Shown here one piece after another: positions 45,484 through 55,700 of a DNA stretch of 64,000 nt. The DNA is from Myxococcota bacterium. GTDB lineage: Bacteria; Myxococcota_A; SURF-8. The translations under genes and the position numbers were made by a program. Every line of letters starts with the position of its first letter. Positions within the stretch are counted from its first letter, which is position 1. The notes below the pieces were generated by a model. It made no database searches. It saw only the letters and a program-made list of their open reading frames with translations, and had not been told where the DNA came from. Location of the stretch: assembly GCA_963674735.2 (NCBI GenBank), contig CAXXQS010000002.1, positions 800,001-864,000 of the forward strand, in the 5' to 3' direction.

Positions 45484-47556
45484 ATGTTCGATCGGCTTAA
45501 ATTCATCACGGATAACACGGACATAGCGGTAGCTGTGGCCATCGTCGGCGTCGTCGGCATGATGGTGCTGCCGGTCCCGCCGGTCTTGATGGATGTGTTT
45601 CTGGCCGTCAGCATCACGATCTCCCTTGTCATTCTGCTGACGACCATCTACATCAACAAGCCCCTGCAATTTTCCGTCTTTCCGTCCGTCTTGCTGGTTC
45701 TCACCCTGTTCCGCCTGTCTCTCAACATCGCCACCACCCGCCTGATCCTGATCAACGGCCACACCGGACCCAGCGCGGCCGGAAACGTGATCATGAGCTT
45801 CGGCCAGTTCGTCGTGGGCGGCAATTACGTGGTGGGCATCATCGTCTTCCTGATTCTCGTCATCATCAACTTCATCGTCATCACCAAGGGCGCCGGTCGT
45901 ATCGCCGAGGTGGCCGCCCGCTTCGTTTTGGATTCCATGCCCGGCAAGCAGATGAGCATCGATGCCGACCTCAACGCGGGCATCATCCGCGAGGCCGAAG
46001 CCAAGGCGCGCCGCAAGGAAATCGAGAACGAAGCCGACTTCTACGGAGCCATGGACGGTGCCAGCAAGTTCGTGCGCGGCGATGCCATCGCCGGTTTGCT
46101 CATCACCGCCATCAATATCATCGCGGGCTTTGTCATCGGCGTCGTGCAAATCGGCATGCCCGTGGCCAAAGCCGCGACAACGTACACGATTTTGACGGTT
46201 GGTGACGGTTTGGTGTCGCAAATTCCGTCTCTGATCACATCCACCGCCGCCGGTATTCTGGTCACCCGCACCGCTTCCGACACCAACCTGGGCACTGATG
46301 CCTTCAACCAGCTTTTCAAGCAATGGCGCGTCTCGGGCATGGTCGCCGTGTTTCTGGTGGGTTTCGCCATGGTACCCGGCATGCCCACCATCACCTTCCT
46401 GATGCTGGCCATTCTGCTTGGCTCGCTGGCCTTCTTCGGCCGCCGCACCGAGCAGGTCAGTCAAGTTAAACCCGTTGATTTCTCTGAAGAATCCGAAGAG
46501 CCGGAAGTCAGCGAAACCGAACGTTTGGAGTCCATGCTGCCACTCGATCTGCTGGAGTTGGAGGTCGGTTACGGCATCATCAGCCTGGTCGACAATCGTC
46601 AGGGCGGCGAGCTTCTGGAACGTATCACGGCCTTGAGAAGGCAGTTCGTCACCCAGTTCGGCATCATCGTTCCGCCGATCCACATCCGGGATAACCTGCA
46701 ACTCGAACCCAACCAGTACGGCGTCTTGCTAAAGGGCACGGAGATTGCAAGAGGCGATATCATGGCAGACCAGTTTCTTGCTATGAACCCTGGAGATGTA
46801 GAAGGCGAAATCGAAGGAGTGGATACGGTGGAGCCCGCATTCGGATTACCGGCCAAATGGATTACCAAGGAGCAACGCGAAAAAGCGGAAGCGTTGGGGT
46901 ATACCGTTGTGGATGCCTCCACCGTCATGGCCACCCACTTGTCCGAAATCCTCAAAGACAGCGCCGCCGACCTGATCGGGCGGCCCGAATTGCAGAACCT
47001 GCTGGATGTCTTCGCCAAGAGCAACCCGAAGATCGTGGAAGACCTCATTCCCGGCTTGTTGTCGCTGGGGGAAGTCCTGCGCGTGATCAAAAACCTGCTG
47101 GTCGAGCAAGTCTCGGTGCGCGACCTGCGCACGATCCTCGAAACCCTGGCCGATCTGGCTCCCCAGACCAAAAACAGCGAGGTGCTTTCGGAAATCGTGC
47201 GTCAGAAGCTGGGTAAGTCGATCACGAGCCGCTTCACCACCCCCGAAAACAACATCTATGCCATCATGTTCGAGCGGTCGGTCGAGGAAATGTTCCGCAA
47301 TTCCCAGCGGGTCATGGACGACGAGATCCAGGTTGCGGTCAATCCGGAGCAGGCGAAAACGATCCTGAAAGGACTCGAAGCCCAGGTCGGCGAAGCCGCC
47401 GCCCAGGTCATTCAACCGGTCCTGCTGGTTCCACCGGAAATTCGCAAAGCCATCTACAATTTCATCAGACGTGTCATGCCGGATCTACCGGTCGTGTCGC
47501 ATCGCGAGATCGACCCGACCGTCAACATCCAGTTGATCGGCACCGTAGGCGCGTAG
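45484..47556 (+). CDS. flhA: Flagellar biosynthesis protein FlhA
   Basis: FSVFPSVLL.LTLFRLSLN, RIAEVAARF.LDSMPGKQMSIDADLNAG, FYGAMDGASKFVRGDAIAG; followed by flhF. Confidence 0.96.
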   Translation: MFDRLKFITDNTDIAVAVAIVGVVGMMVLPVPPVLMDVFLAVSITISLVILLTTIYINKPLQFSVFPSVLLVLTLFRLSLNIATTRLILINGHTGPSAAGNVIMSFGQFVVGGNYVVGIIVFLILVIINFIVITKGAGRIAEVAARFVLDSMPGKQMSIDADLNAGIIREAEAKARRKEIENEADFYGAMDGASKFVRGDAIAGLLITAINIIAGFVIGVVQIGMPVAKAATTYTILTVGDGLVSQIPSLITSTAAGILVTRTASDTNLGTDAFNQLFKQWRVSGMVAVFLVGFAMVPGMPTITFLMLAILLGSLAFFGRRTEQVSQVKPVDFSEESEEPEVSETERLESMLPLDLLELEVGYGIISLVDNRQGGELLERITALRRQFVTQFGIIVPPIHIRDNLQLEPNQYGVLLKGTEIARGDIMADQFLAMNPGDVEGEIEGVDTVEPAFGLPAKWITKEQREKAEALGYTVVDASTVMATHLSEILKDSAADLIGRPELQNLLDVFAKSNPKIVEDLIPGLLSLGEVLRVIKNLLVEQVSVRDLRTILETLADLAPQTKNSEVLSEIVRQKLGKSITSRFTTPENNIYAIMFERSVEEMFRNSQRVMDDEIQVAVNPEQAKTILKGLEAQVGEAAAQVIQPVLLVPPEIRKAIYNFIRRVMPDLPVVSHREIDPTVNIQLIGTVGA

Positions 47557-47574
47557 GGCAAAGGAGCGAGACAG

Positions 47575-48792
47575 ATGGACGTACATCGATATGAATCAAA
47601 CAGTGTCGCCGAAGGCATGCTGAGGGTACGCCGCGAACTGGGCACCGATGCCGAGATCCTGTCGGTGGAGCAAACCCGCAATCCCGGACGAAGAGGAAGG
47701 ATTCGCATTACCGCCCGAGCGACCACGTCGACCCCCCAAATGCCCGATGCCGCCGCTGCCTCCTATCGCAGCAATCCGCCCGAAACCGACGATGGCGCCA
47801 TCGCGTTCGACGGTCAGAAAATTCTGGCCGACATCTACGCCGCGCAGTCACGGAAAGCCAAAGTGGAACCCCCCAAGACGAAAAGTCGCGTGAAGAATTC
47901 CTATGCCCTGATCGACGATGCGCCCAGCTATACCCCATCCGCCGACACGAGCACCTTCGATCAAATCCTGACCACCGAACCGCCGTCAGCACCCGCCGGC
48001 GGCATCACCGACGAACTTCCCCAGGAAGTGACCTCGCTCTATTTCTACCTGCTGGACATCGGCATCGACCCCGAGATCGCCGAAGAAATCATCGAACGCC
48101 TGTGCCACCGCTTCGACCCCAATCGCGGCTGGCAGCCCGAACGCGTGCACGACTTCCTGAGCAATCTGGTCGCCGGAAACATCCGCGTGGGCGGCACGCT
48201 GGGTCACGGTCGCAAAAAGCGCGTCGTGGCGCTGGTCGGTCCCACCGGCGTGGGAAAAACCACCACCATCGCCAAATTGGCCACCCGCCTGGCCAGCCGC
48301 AACATCAGCGTGGGCCTGATTACGGTCGATAACTTCCGCGTCGGCGCGGTCGATCAGTTGCGTAAATTCGCCAGCGCCCTTTCGCAGCCGCTTTTGGTGG
48401 CCACCAACCCCAAGGAATTCGTCTCTTCCCTGCGCGCCTTCCGCACCCGCCAGGTGGTCCTGGTGGATACGGCCGGACAAAACCCGCGCGACCCGGGCGT
48501 TTTGGATCGCCTCAACGGCACCTTGAATGCCGCCGAGGGCATCGAACGCCACCTGGTTCTGGCGGCGACAACCAAAGAACGCGACCTCAAAGCCTATGCC
48601 GATCTGTACCGCTCGGTGGGTTTCGAGTATCTGCTGTTTTCCAAACTGGATGAAACCGCCACGTATGGCGGCTTGCTCAATACCCATTTTTCTTGCGAAA
48701 AACCGTTCTCGTATTTCACCACCGGGCAGCGTGTCCCGGACGATATTGAAGAAGCGGATGCCGATCGACTCAATGGGCTGCTGTTCAATTAA
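47575..48792 (+). CDS. flhF: Flagellar SRP-like GTPase FlhF
   Basis: N-terminal VRRELGTDAEILS, GPTGVGKTTTIAKLA, DTAG, KLDE, GQRVPDDI. Confidence 0.94.
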   Translation: MDVHRYESNSVAEGMLRVRRELGTDAEILSVEQTRNPGRRGRIRITARATTSTPQMPDAAAASYRSNPPETDDGAIAFDGQKILADIYAAQSRKAKVEPPKTKSRVKNSYALIDDAPSYTPSADTSTFDQILTTEPPSAPAGGITDELPQEVTSLYFYLLDIGIDPEIAEEIIERLCHRFDPNRGWQPERVHDFLSNLVAGNIRVGGTLGHGRKKRVVALVGPTGVGKTTTIAKLATRLASRNISVGLITVDNFRVGAVDQLRKFASALSQPLLVATNPKEFVSSLRAFRTRQVVLVDTAGQNPRDPGVLDRLNGTLNAAEGIERHLVLAATTKERDLKAYADLYRSVGFEYLLFSKLDETATYGGLLNTHFSCEKPFSYFTTGQRVPDDIEEADADRLNGLLFN

Positions 48793-48858
48793 TTGTGGAT
48801 GTCACCCACTTGAATCCCGTTCCGGTGATCGTTCGATAGCAGGGAGGCTTGAAACGAA

Positions 48859-49683
48859 ATGACCAAACCCACAACCCGACGTCGAGGTTTTTCACCGCTT
48901 TTGATAGCGGTTACGTCCGGCAAGGGCGGCGTCGGAAAAACCACCCTGTCGGTCAATCTGGCCGTCACCTTTGCGGCGAAGGGTCGACGCGTGCTGGTGG
49001 TGGACGGCGATCTGGGCTTGGCAAACGTCGACATCATGTTCGGCGTCAAGCCTAAATACAACTTTCATCACCTGATCAACGGCGATAAATCGCTCGAAGA
49101 CATCATCGTGCGCGGTCCGGGCGGCATCGATCTGATGCCCGCCTCGTCGGGAATCAGTTCCCTGGCCAATCTCGACGCCGACCAGCAAATGGTGGTGCTG
49201 GGCCAGCTCGAAACCTTGAAAAACCGCTACGACGTCATCCTGATCGATACGGCGGCCGGTATCGGCTCCAACGTGTTGCATTTCGCCGCGTCGGCGATGT
49301 ACGTCCTGGTCGTGGTCACCCACGAACCCACGTCTCTGGCCGATTCTTACGCCATCATCAAAGTGCTGCGCCAGAATTACAACGTCCACCGTTTCCAGCT
49401 GGTGGTCAACTCGGCTTACAACGAAAAAGCCGCCCTGCGCGTTTATCAAACCTTGTCGGATATTGCCGACAATTTCATCGATGTTGTGATAGACTATATG
49501 GGGATGATCCCGAAGGATGAAAAAATCAGCAGCTCGATTCTGTCGCAGCGGCCCTTTGTCGAAATGTTTCCTTCGGCACCCTGCTCGATTGCTTTGAACA
49601 AGTTGTCGGATGCACTTCTGGCAAAACGCGCACACGCGCAAGGAGATGACCAGCCGATCCTATGGTCGCGCATAATCGAATGA
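48859..49683 (+). CDS. flhG: MinD-like flagellar number regulator FlhG/FleN
   Basis: TSGKGGVGKT, D.DLGLANVD, IDTAAGI, EPTSLADSYAIIK; between flhF and fliA. Confidence 0.93.
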   Translation: MTKPTTRRRGFSPLLIAVTSGKGGVGKTTLSVNLAVTFAAKGRRVLVVDGDLGLANVDIMFGVKPKYNFHHLINGDKSLEDIIVRGPGGIDLMPASSGISSLANLDADQQMVVLGQLETLKNRYDVILIDTAAGIGSNVLHFAASAMYVLVVVTHEPTSLADSYAIIKVLRQNYNVHRFQLVVNSAYNEKAALRVYQTLSDIADNFIDVVIDYMGMIPKDEKISSSILSQRPFVEMFPSAPCSIALNKLSDALLAKRAHAQGDDQPILWSRIIE

Positions 49684-49692
49684 GGAATGTGC

Positions 49693-50472
49693 ATGTCGTA
49701 TTCGGAGACCGGAACTACAAACAGCCAGCAGCCGGAGGCCATTAAACGGCCGACGACGAAGGCGGAACGGGATCGACTGATCATCGATTTCGCTCCGTTG
49801 GTTAAACGCACGGCTTACCGCATCGCCTCGCGCCTGCCCGACAGCATCCAGGTGGACGACCTGATTTCCATCGGCACTGTCGGGTTGATCGATGCGGTGG
49901 ACAAGTTCAACCCCGAAAAGGGCAAAGGCTTCCGCGCCTACGCCGAACTGCGTATCAAGGGCGCCATCCTCGATGAATTGCGCGGCTACGACAACCTCTC
50001 ACGCGCCAACCGTCGCCGCGCCAACGAACTGGGCCAAGCCGTTCAGGAACTTGAACACAAACTCGGCCGTTCTCCCCGCGACGAGGAAATCGCCGAAATC
50101 CTCGACATCGACATGGAGGAACTCCACGGCATCCGCTCGGCCACCCGTTCGCTGGTCTTTCTGGATATCGACGAACTGACCTACGTGACGGAATCCGAAC
50201 CCGATTCGAACAGTTCGGGACACAACGCCAGTTTGGATTTCGAACCCTTCCGCGCTCTCTCGGCGAAAACCCTGAAAGAAAATCTGGCCGACTGCATCGA
50301 CCGCCTGCCTGAAAAGCTCAAGCTGGTTCTATCGCTGTATTATTTTTCCGAATTGAATTACAAGGAAATCGGAGCCGTGCTCGACCTCTCGGAATCGCGC
50401 ATCTCGCAACTGCACACCAAGGCGATTCTCAAGCTGCGTAAGATGTTCAAAAGCCAAGATACCGAAATCTGA
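49693..50472 (+). CDS. fliA: RNA polymerase sigma-28 FliA/WhiG
   Basis: DLISIGTVGLIDAVDKF, YAELRIKGAILDELR, LSLYY.ELNYKEIG.VL.LSESRISQLH. Confidence 0.95.
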   Translation: MSYSETGTTNSQQPEAIKRPTTKAERDRLIIDFAPLVKRTAYRIASRLPDSIQVDDLISIGTVGLIDAVDKFNPEKGKGFRAYAELRIKGAILDELRGYDNLSRANRRRANELGQAVQELEHKLGRSPRDEEIAEILDIDMEELHGIRSATRSLVFLDIDELTYVTESEPDSNSSGHNASLDFEPFRALSAKTLKENLADCIDRLPEKLKLVLSLYYFSELNYKEIGAVLDLSESRISQLHTKAILKLRKMFKSQDTEI

Positions 50473-50478
50473 CCCCTG

Positions 50479-52149
50479 CTAAAAACGACTGCGCGTCTCC
50501 TCGTCCTCGGCCAGTTGACCTTTTTTACGCAGGTGTTTTTCGTAGCCGCGCTTGATACGCCGCCGCAACAGCAACCAACCCACCAGCAGCAACACCGACA
50601 GCAACCGCCAATCCAGTTCGGGCAATCCCCATCCGTCTTCGTCTTCGCCGCGTGCGTAGGCTGCCTGTGCGAAATTGTCGGGAAGGGGCTCACCCATGGC
50701 CACAACGCGCGGCGGCGGATCGAATGCGGGATCGAGGTCTTCCACGCAACGACCGTTTCGGCACACGCGGCCGGTCGTACAGACCGATTCCCGGCAGGGA
50801 TCGTCGAGTTGCGGAGCACTCAAGGTGGCGCGGATGAAGGGCAAAAGCCCGTCGCTGTCCACCTCTTCGATGGCCACGCCGGTGGGACGTCCGGAGTAGG
50901 CATTGGACGAAAAGGTGACGTGGGAGGGCGACAAACGCAGGCCGCGCGGGGCCGGAAGCAGCGCATCGCCGCTACGGAAAAAGTCGGCGGGATCCTCCCG
51001 CTTCAAGCGATACTGCAGATCGAAACGCCGATCGGCCTGCACCTGCATCAGAAACGGTCGCCAACGACGACAGTTGGGACAATCGAGGACGGTACGGATG
51101 AAGCCGTGTTCGCCCGCGGTCGGCAGACGGTCGAGATTGACATGCAAAACGGACAACCCCGGCGCGCCGATCTGACGATCGTAGGGCCCGATCGGCTGGC
51201 GGTTTTCGACGAGAAAATATTCGCGGCCCGATCCCAGCTTGAACGCCTTGCCCCTGGCCGTGGGCGGAATCAAGCGGGTCTGCGTGCCGGAAATCGCTTC
51301 GACGTCCAGCCAGCCGATCTGCATGCGCGAGAAGGCATCGAGCAGCGGCACGGCGCGCGCGTCGTACTTCCACGAACCCATGGCCGAGTAGGGCAGGCCC
51401 TCGGTCACGCGCCATTCGTCGTAAAGATCGGCGAAGCCCAAAAGGTGGCCGTATTCGTGAATCGCCATGGGCAAGGCGCGCCGCCCGGAACTCAAGGCCG
51501 CCATATTCACCTTCACCCCGTCGAATTCGAGCGTGAAGCGCGCATCGAAAATACCGAACGGCAGGGCGACGCCGAACCACCCGCCGTTCATCACGATCAC
51601 CACGCCGTCGCACCAGCCGTCGGGACGTCCGGCCGGACCGTTGCGGTCGTAGTCGGCGAAATCGAGGTCGTTTTCCGCAACCGCGCGGCGCATCACCTCC
51701 TGCACCAGCGGAATACCGTAAGCCAGAGCCGTGAAATCGCGTCGCGTCGGGGTGCAGGTATCGGACGAAACCGGCAAGGGACAGCGGCGAAAGACCACCG
51801 GCGGCACCACGTCGGCGGTGACGACGAAACGTCCGCCCGAGTTGAGACGCCAGAAACCGGGGAAGCTGAGACGCTCGTCACGCGCGCGCGAGTCGGGGTT
51901 GGAATCGACGAAAAAACGACGAATGCGCGGCAGGTCGGGCGGCGGCAGGCGGCGCGCATCGAGTTGCACGGGGATCACCAGAATATGGCTGTGACCCCGA
52001 TGCGGCGCTTTCGCCGGGCCCACATCGTCGCGGCGCGCGAAGTGGTCCACGAAACCCGCATCAGCGGGAGACGGAAAAAGCGGCGACGTTGCGAGAAACA
52101 ACGCCGCCGCCCAGATGATCGTTCGGAGAAGAATCGTGCTGCGCATCAT
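50479..52149 (-). CDS. Secreted/anchored M6 (immune inhibitor A-like) metallopeptidase
   Basis: Signal peptide, DFADYDRNG...DG, HEYGHLLGFADLYD, SAMG, EYFLVENRQ, C-terminal TM plus basic tail. Confidence 0.85.
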   Translation of the reverse strand: MMRSTILLRTIIWAAALFLATSPLFPSPADAGFVDHFARRDDVGPAKAPHRGHSHILVIPVQLDARRLPPPDLPRIRRFFVDSNPDSRARDERLSFPGFWRLNSGGRFVVTADVVPPVVFRRCPLPVSSDTCTPTRRDFTALAYGIPLVQEVMRRAVAENDLDFADYDRNGPAGRPDGWCDGVVIVMNGGWFGVALPFGIFDARFTLEFDGVKVNMAALSSGRRALPMAIHEYGHLLGFADLYDEWRVTEGLPYSAMGSWKYDARAVPLLDAFSRMQIGWLDVEAISGTQTRLIPPTARGKAFKLGSGREYFLVENRQPIGPYDRQIGAPGLSVLHVNLDRLPTAGEHGFIRTVLDCPNCRRWRPFLMQVQADRRFDLQYRLKREDPADFFRSGDALLPAPRGLRLSPSHVTFSSNAYSGRPTGVAIEEVDSDGLLPFIRATLSAPQLDDPCRESVCTTGRVCRNGRCVEDLDPAFDPPPRVVAMGEPLPDNFAQAAYARGEDEDGWGLPELDWRLLSVLLLVGWLLLRRRIKRGYEKHLRKKGQLAEDEETRSRF

Positions 52150-52179
52150 GGTGCCTCCACCCGCCGAGCGGGGGTCGTC

Positions 52180-53682
52180 TCAGACGGTCGGATCGACCAG
52201 TTCCAGCAGCGTGGCGACGCCCACACCGGAGCCGCCCTTGGGCAGGTGGCCCACTTCGCCGGTATGGAAAGCCGGACCCGCAATGTCCAGATGCGCCCAG
52301 CGGCCCGTCTCGACGAACTCCTGCAAAAACAATCCGGCCGTAATCGCGCCGCCCCAACGACTGCCGACGTTTTTCAGGTCGGCGATGGGCGATTTTAAAA
52401 GCGGTTTCAGGCGTTTGTTGAGTGGTAAGCGCCACGCATCTTCACCCGCGCGGTCGAACGCGCCGTTTAGTTGGTCGGCGGTTTCGTCATCCGAGGCGAA
52501 CAACCCCACCGTTTCTTCGCCCAGCGCCACCACGCAAGCGCCCGTCAAAGTCGCCAGATCGACGGTCAGTTCGGGTTTGAAGCTCATGGCGTAGGTGAGG
52601 GCGTCGGCGAGCGTCAGGCGGCCTTCGGCGTCGGTGTTCATCACCTCGACCGTTTTGCCGTTCATGCCGGTAAACACATCCCCCACGCGATACGCGCCGG
52701 AGCCGATCATGTTTTCGCAGGCGGCCACGATGCCGATGACCTTGCGTTTCACACCCAGGCGAGCGATGGCGGTCATGGCGCCCAGAACGGCCGCCGATCC
52801 GGCCATATCGCACTTCATGGTTTCCATGCCGCTCGACGGCTTGAGCGAGTAGCCGCCCGAATCATACATCAAACCCTTGCCCACCAGCACGATGGGCTTG
52901 CCCTTGGCGCCCGCCGGGGCATGGGTGAAGGTCAGCAGGCGCGGCGGAATTTTGGAGCCACGCGCCACCGCCATGAACAACCCCATTTTGCGCCGCGCGA
53001 TCTGTTTTTCGTTTTCCACCTTGCAGGTGAAGCCGTAAAGCTTGGCCAGCGCTTTGGCCCGCTCGGCGTACTCCAGCGGCGTCATCGTTTCGGCGGGTTC
53101 GTTGACCAGGTCGCGGGCGATGTTGATGCCTTCGCCGATGATCTGGCCGCGTTCGATGGCCTTTTTCGCCGCCGCCGGGGCCAGGGCCTTGGAGCCGTCA
53201 CCAAAGAAGGTGAGGCGCGTCAGGTCGGCTTTGGCCAGATTCTTGCGGTCTTTCGTGATGTACCGATCGAAGCGATAGGCGGCGCAGGTGGCCCCCTGGG
53301 AAAGCTTGGACAACACCCGTTTGGGGTCGAGGCCGTCGGGGAAATCGACCAGCAGGCCCAGTTGTTTCACCGCCGGGGAGCGCAGCGTTTTGAGCGCCTT
53401 GTGCATCAGATCCCACAGATCCTCCGCCGTCAGCGCCTTGCCGTCTCCCAGGCCCCACAACACCACGCGCCCCACCTTGAGGCGTCCCAGCGTCGGCAGA
53501 ACGAAAGCCGATCCGGCCTTCGCCTCGAAGCCGTCCGCCTTGGCCAGCTTGATCAGTTTCTTTTTGAACGACGCGTCGAGCGCCTTCACCAGCGCCGACT
53601 TGGTCCAGTCGGACGTCACCGGCACCATCAAGGCATCGCCGCCGAACGCCAGCGGGTTGGCTCTGCTGTAGCTCATCTGCAT
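52180..53682 (-). CDS. pepA: Leucyl aminopeptidase (M17)
   Basis: VGKGLMYDSGGYSLK, MKCDMAG, NTDAEGRL, ATLTGA, WAHLDIAG. Confidence 0.95.
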   Translation of the reverse strand: MQMSYSRANPLAFGGDALMVPVTSDWTKSALVKALDASFKKKLIKLAKADGFEAKAGSAFVLPTLGRLKVGRVVLWGLGDGKALTAEDLWDLMHKALKTLRSPAVKQLGLLVDFPDGLDPKRVLSKLSQGATCAAYRFDRYITKDRKNLAKADLTRLTFFGDGSKALAPAAAKKAIERGQIIGEGINIARDLVNEPAETMTPLEYAERAKALAKLYGFTCKVENEKQIARRKMGLFMAVARGSKIPPRLLTFTHAPAGAKGKPIVLVGKGLMYDSGGYSLKPSSGMETMKCDMAGSAAVLGAMTAIARLGVKRKVIGIVAACENMIGSGAYRVGDVFTGMNGKTVEVMNTDAEGRLTLADALTYAMSFKPELTVDLATLTGACVVALGEETVGLFASDDETADQLNGAFDRAGEDAWRLPLNKRLKPLLKSPIADLKNVGSRWGGAITAGLFLQEFVETGRWAHLDIAGPAFHTGEVGHLPKGGSGVGVATLLELVDPTV

Positions 53683-53925
53683 CTATGACCTCTCTTTCAT
53701 TGATTGACCGAATCAATATGCGTCATCTTCATGTGCCTTCAACCTTAACCAAGGCTCGACGCTTTCGCAAACGTTTTCGCCGATTTCCCGGTATACACGA
53801 GGTTTCTTGACACGCGATTCCAATCCCGCTAACCTGATAGATGACGCGCAGTCGATTCGACAATATGAGGGAAACGATTCGGAACCGCATCCGGAGAGGT
53901 GCGAGTTTGCCCAAAGGAGACGCCC

Positions 53926-55647
53926 ATGCCGCAACGGGGAATCGAAGAACAAGGCCTGGACCGCGAGACCATCGATAATCTCAGCGCTGCGCAGCGCATG
54001 CCGGGGCTTTCGCCCGCAGATCTGAAGCTGACCAACTTCGATCGTCTCTGGATCGATCGTGTCGCCGATCACGGCGACCGCCCCTACCTCACGTTCATCG
54101 ATGACGACGCGGGTATCGAACGGCGCTACAACTACGCCGAATTCAACGCGAAAATCAACCGCGCCGCCAACATTCTGCAGAACAATCTAGGCGTCAGACG
54201 CGGCGACCGGGTCGGCACCATGATGGTGGCCGATGACGACACAGTGGCCCTGTATTTCGCCTGCTGGAAAATCGGCGCGGCCGTCGCGCCCGTCAATGTG
54301 TCGGAAGACGACAACCGCATCGCCTTTACCTTTGAAAACGCCGAAGTCAAGGTGGTGGCCGTTCTGGCCTCCTATCTGCCGCGCCTGCAAAGCCTGCGGA
54401 ACCGGATTCCGACCCTCAACCACATCCTGGTGATGGGCGGCGGCGCTGCGGGCGACCACCTGCACGATTATAACTTTCTCGCCAAAAACGCGTCCGATAT
54501 TTTCGTCCCGGCCGAAAAAGCCGAGCCGGAAGACGAAGCGCTTCTCATTTACACCTCCGGCACCACGGGAAATCCCAAGGGCGTGGTCATGGGCCAGCGC
54601 AACCTGATGGTCGATCCCGACGCCATCGCCCGCTGGCACGGCGTGGACGGCGGCACCACCATGATGTGTGTCTTGCCCATCCACCATGTCAACGGCATCG
54701 TGGTCACCCTGCTCACGCCCTTCTGGGCGGGCGGGTCGACCGTTTTGAACCGACGCTTCACCAGCCGCGGTTTCTGGGAGAAAGTGGCGCGCGAAAAGGT
54801 GCAGATCGTCTCGGTGGTCCCCACCCTGCTGCAGTTCCTTTACGAAGCGCAGGCCGACTTGTCGCAACTCGACCTCTCGGGCTTTCGGCATTTCATCTGC
54901 GGAGCGGGCACCCTGGCGGTGAGCGTCGCCAAAAACTTCGAAGAGCGTTTCGGCTTCCGCGTCATTCACGGCTACGGACTCTCCGAAACCACCTGCTACG
55001 ACTGCTTTCTGCCCGTCGATCTCAGCGACGCGGAACACGCCCATTGGATGCGCGATCACGGCTACCCCTCCATCGGCTGCCCGGTTCACGCCAACGAAAT
55101 GGCCATCCACGACGAACAGGGCCGGGCCCTCGAACCGGGCGAGCGCGGCGAAATCGTGGTGCGCGGGCCGCTGGTGATGAAGTACTACCACAAACGCCCC
55201 GACGCCAACCGCGAAACCTTCAAACACGGCTGGTTCCGTTCGGGCGACGAAGGCTTCCATCTGATCGATGAAAAAGGCCGCCGCTTTTTCTTCATCACCG
55301 GACGCATAAAAGAGCTGATCATTCGCGGCGGCGTCAACCTGTCGCCTTTCGAAATCGAAGAAATCCTCAACGAGATGCCGGGCGTGAAAACCGGTTTGGC
55401 GGTGGCGTTCCTCAATGATTATTACAGCGAAGAGGTGGGCGCCTATGTGGTGGTCGAGGAAGGCGCCACGCTGAGTGAAGACGACATCATCCGTTATTGC
55501 ATGGAGCGCCTGCCCTGGCCCAAAGTCCCCAAGGTAATCAAGTTCGGCACGGAGGTGCCCGTCACCTCCACCGGCAAATACCAGCGTTTGAAGTTGAAAA
55601 GCCTGTTCGACGGCTACTCCTCGGTGCAGTTTAAAAAACCGAAATAA
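53926..55647 (+). CDS. Acyl-CoA synthetase / AMP-binding enzyme
   Basis: YTSGTTGNPKGV, GYGLSET, GWFRSGD, GRIKELIIRGG, TSTGK; AAGGAG RBS. Confidence 0.93.
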   Translation: MPQRGIEEQGLDRETIDNLSAAQRMPGLSPADLKLTNFDRLWIDRVADHGDRPYLTFIDDDAGIERRYNYAEFNAKINRAANILQNNLGVRRGDRVGTMMVADDDTVALYFACWKIGAAVAPVNVSEDDNRIAFTFENAEVKVVAVLASYLPRLQSLRNRIPTLNHILVMGGGAAGDHLHDYNFLAKNASDIFVPAEKAEPEDEALLIYTSGTTGNPKGVVMGQRNLMVDPDAIARWHGVDGGTTMMCVLPIHHVNGIVVTLLTPFWAGGSTVLNRRFTSRGFWEKVAREKVQIVSVVPTLLQFLYEAQADLSQLDLSGFRHFICGAGTLAVSVAKNFEERFGFRVIHGYGLSETTCYDCFLPVDLSDAEHAHWMRDHGYPSIGCPVHANEMAIHDEQGRALEPGERGEIVVRGPLVMKYYHKRPDANRETFKHGWFRSGDEGFHLIDEKGRRFFFITGRIKELIIRGGVNLSPFEIEEILNEMPGVKTGLAVAFLNDYYSEEVGAYVVVEEGATLSEDDIIRYCMERLPWPKVPKVIKFGTEVPVTSTGKYQRLKLKSLFDGYSSVQFKKPK

Positions 55648-55700
55648 GCGTTTCCGCGCTTCGCGAGCCTATGACCGGCTCTATCGAGCTTGGAGCCCGT

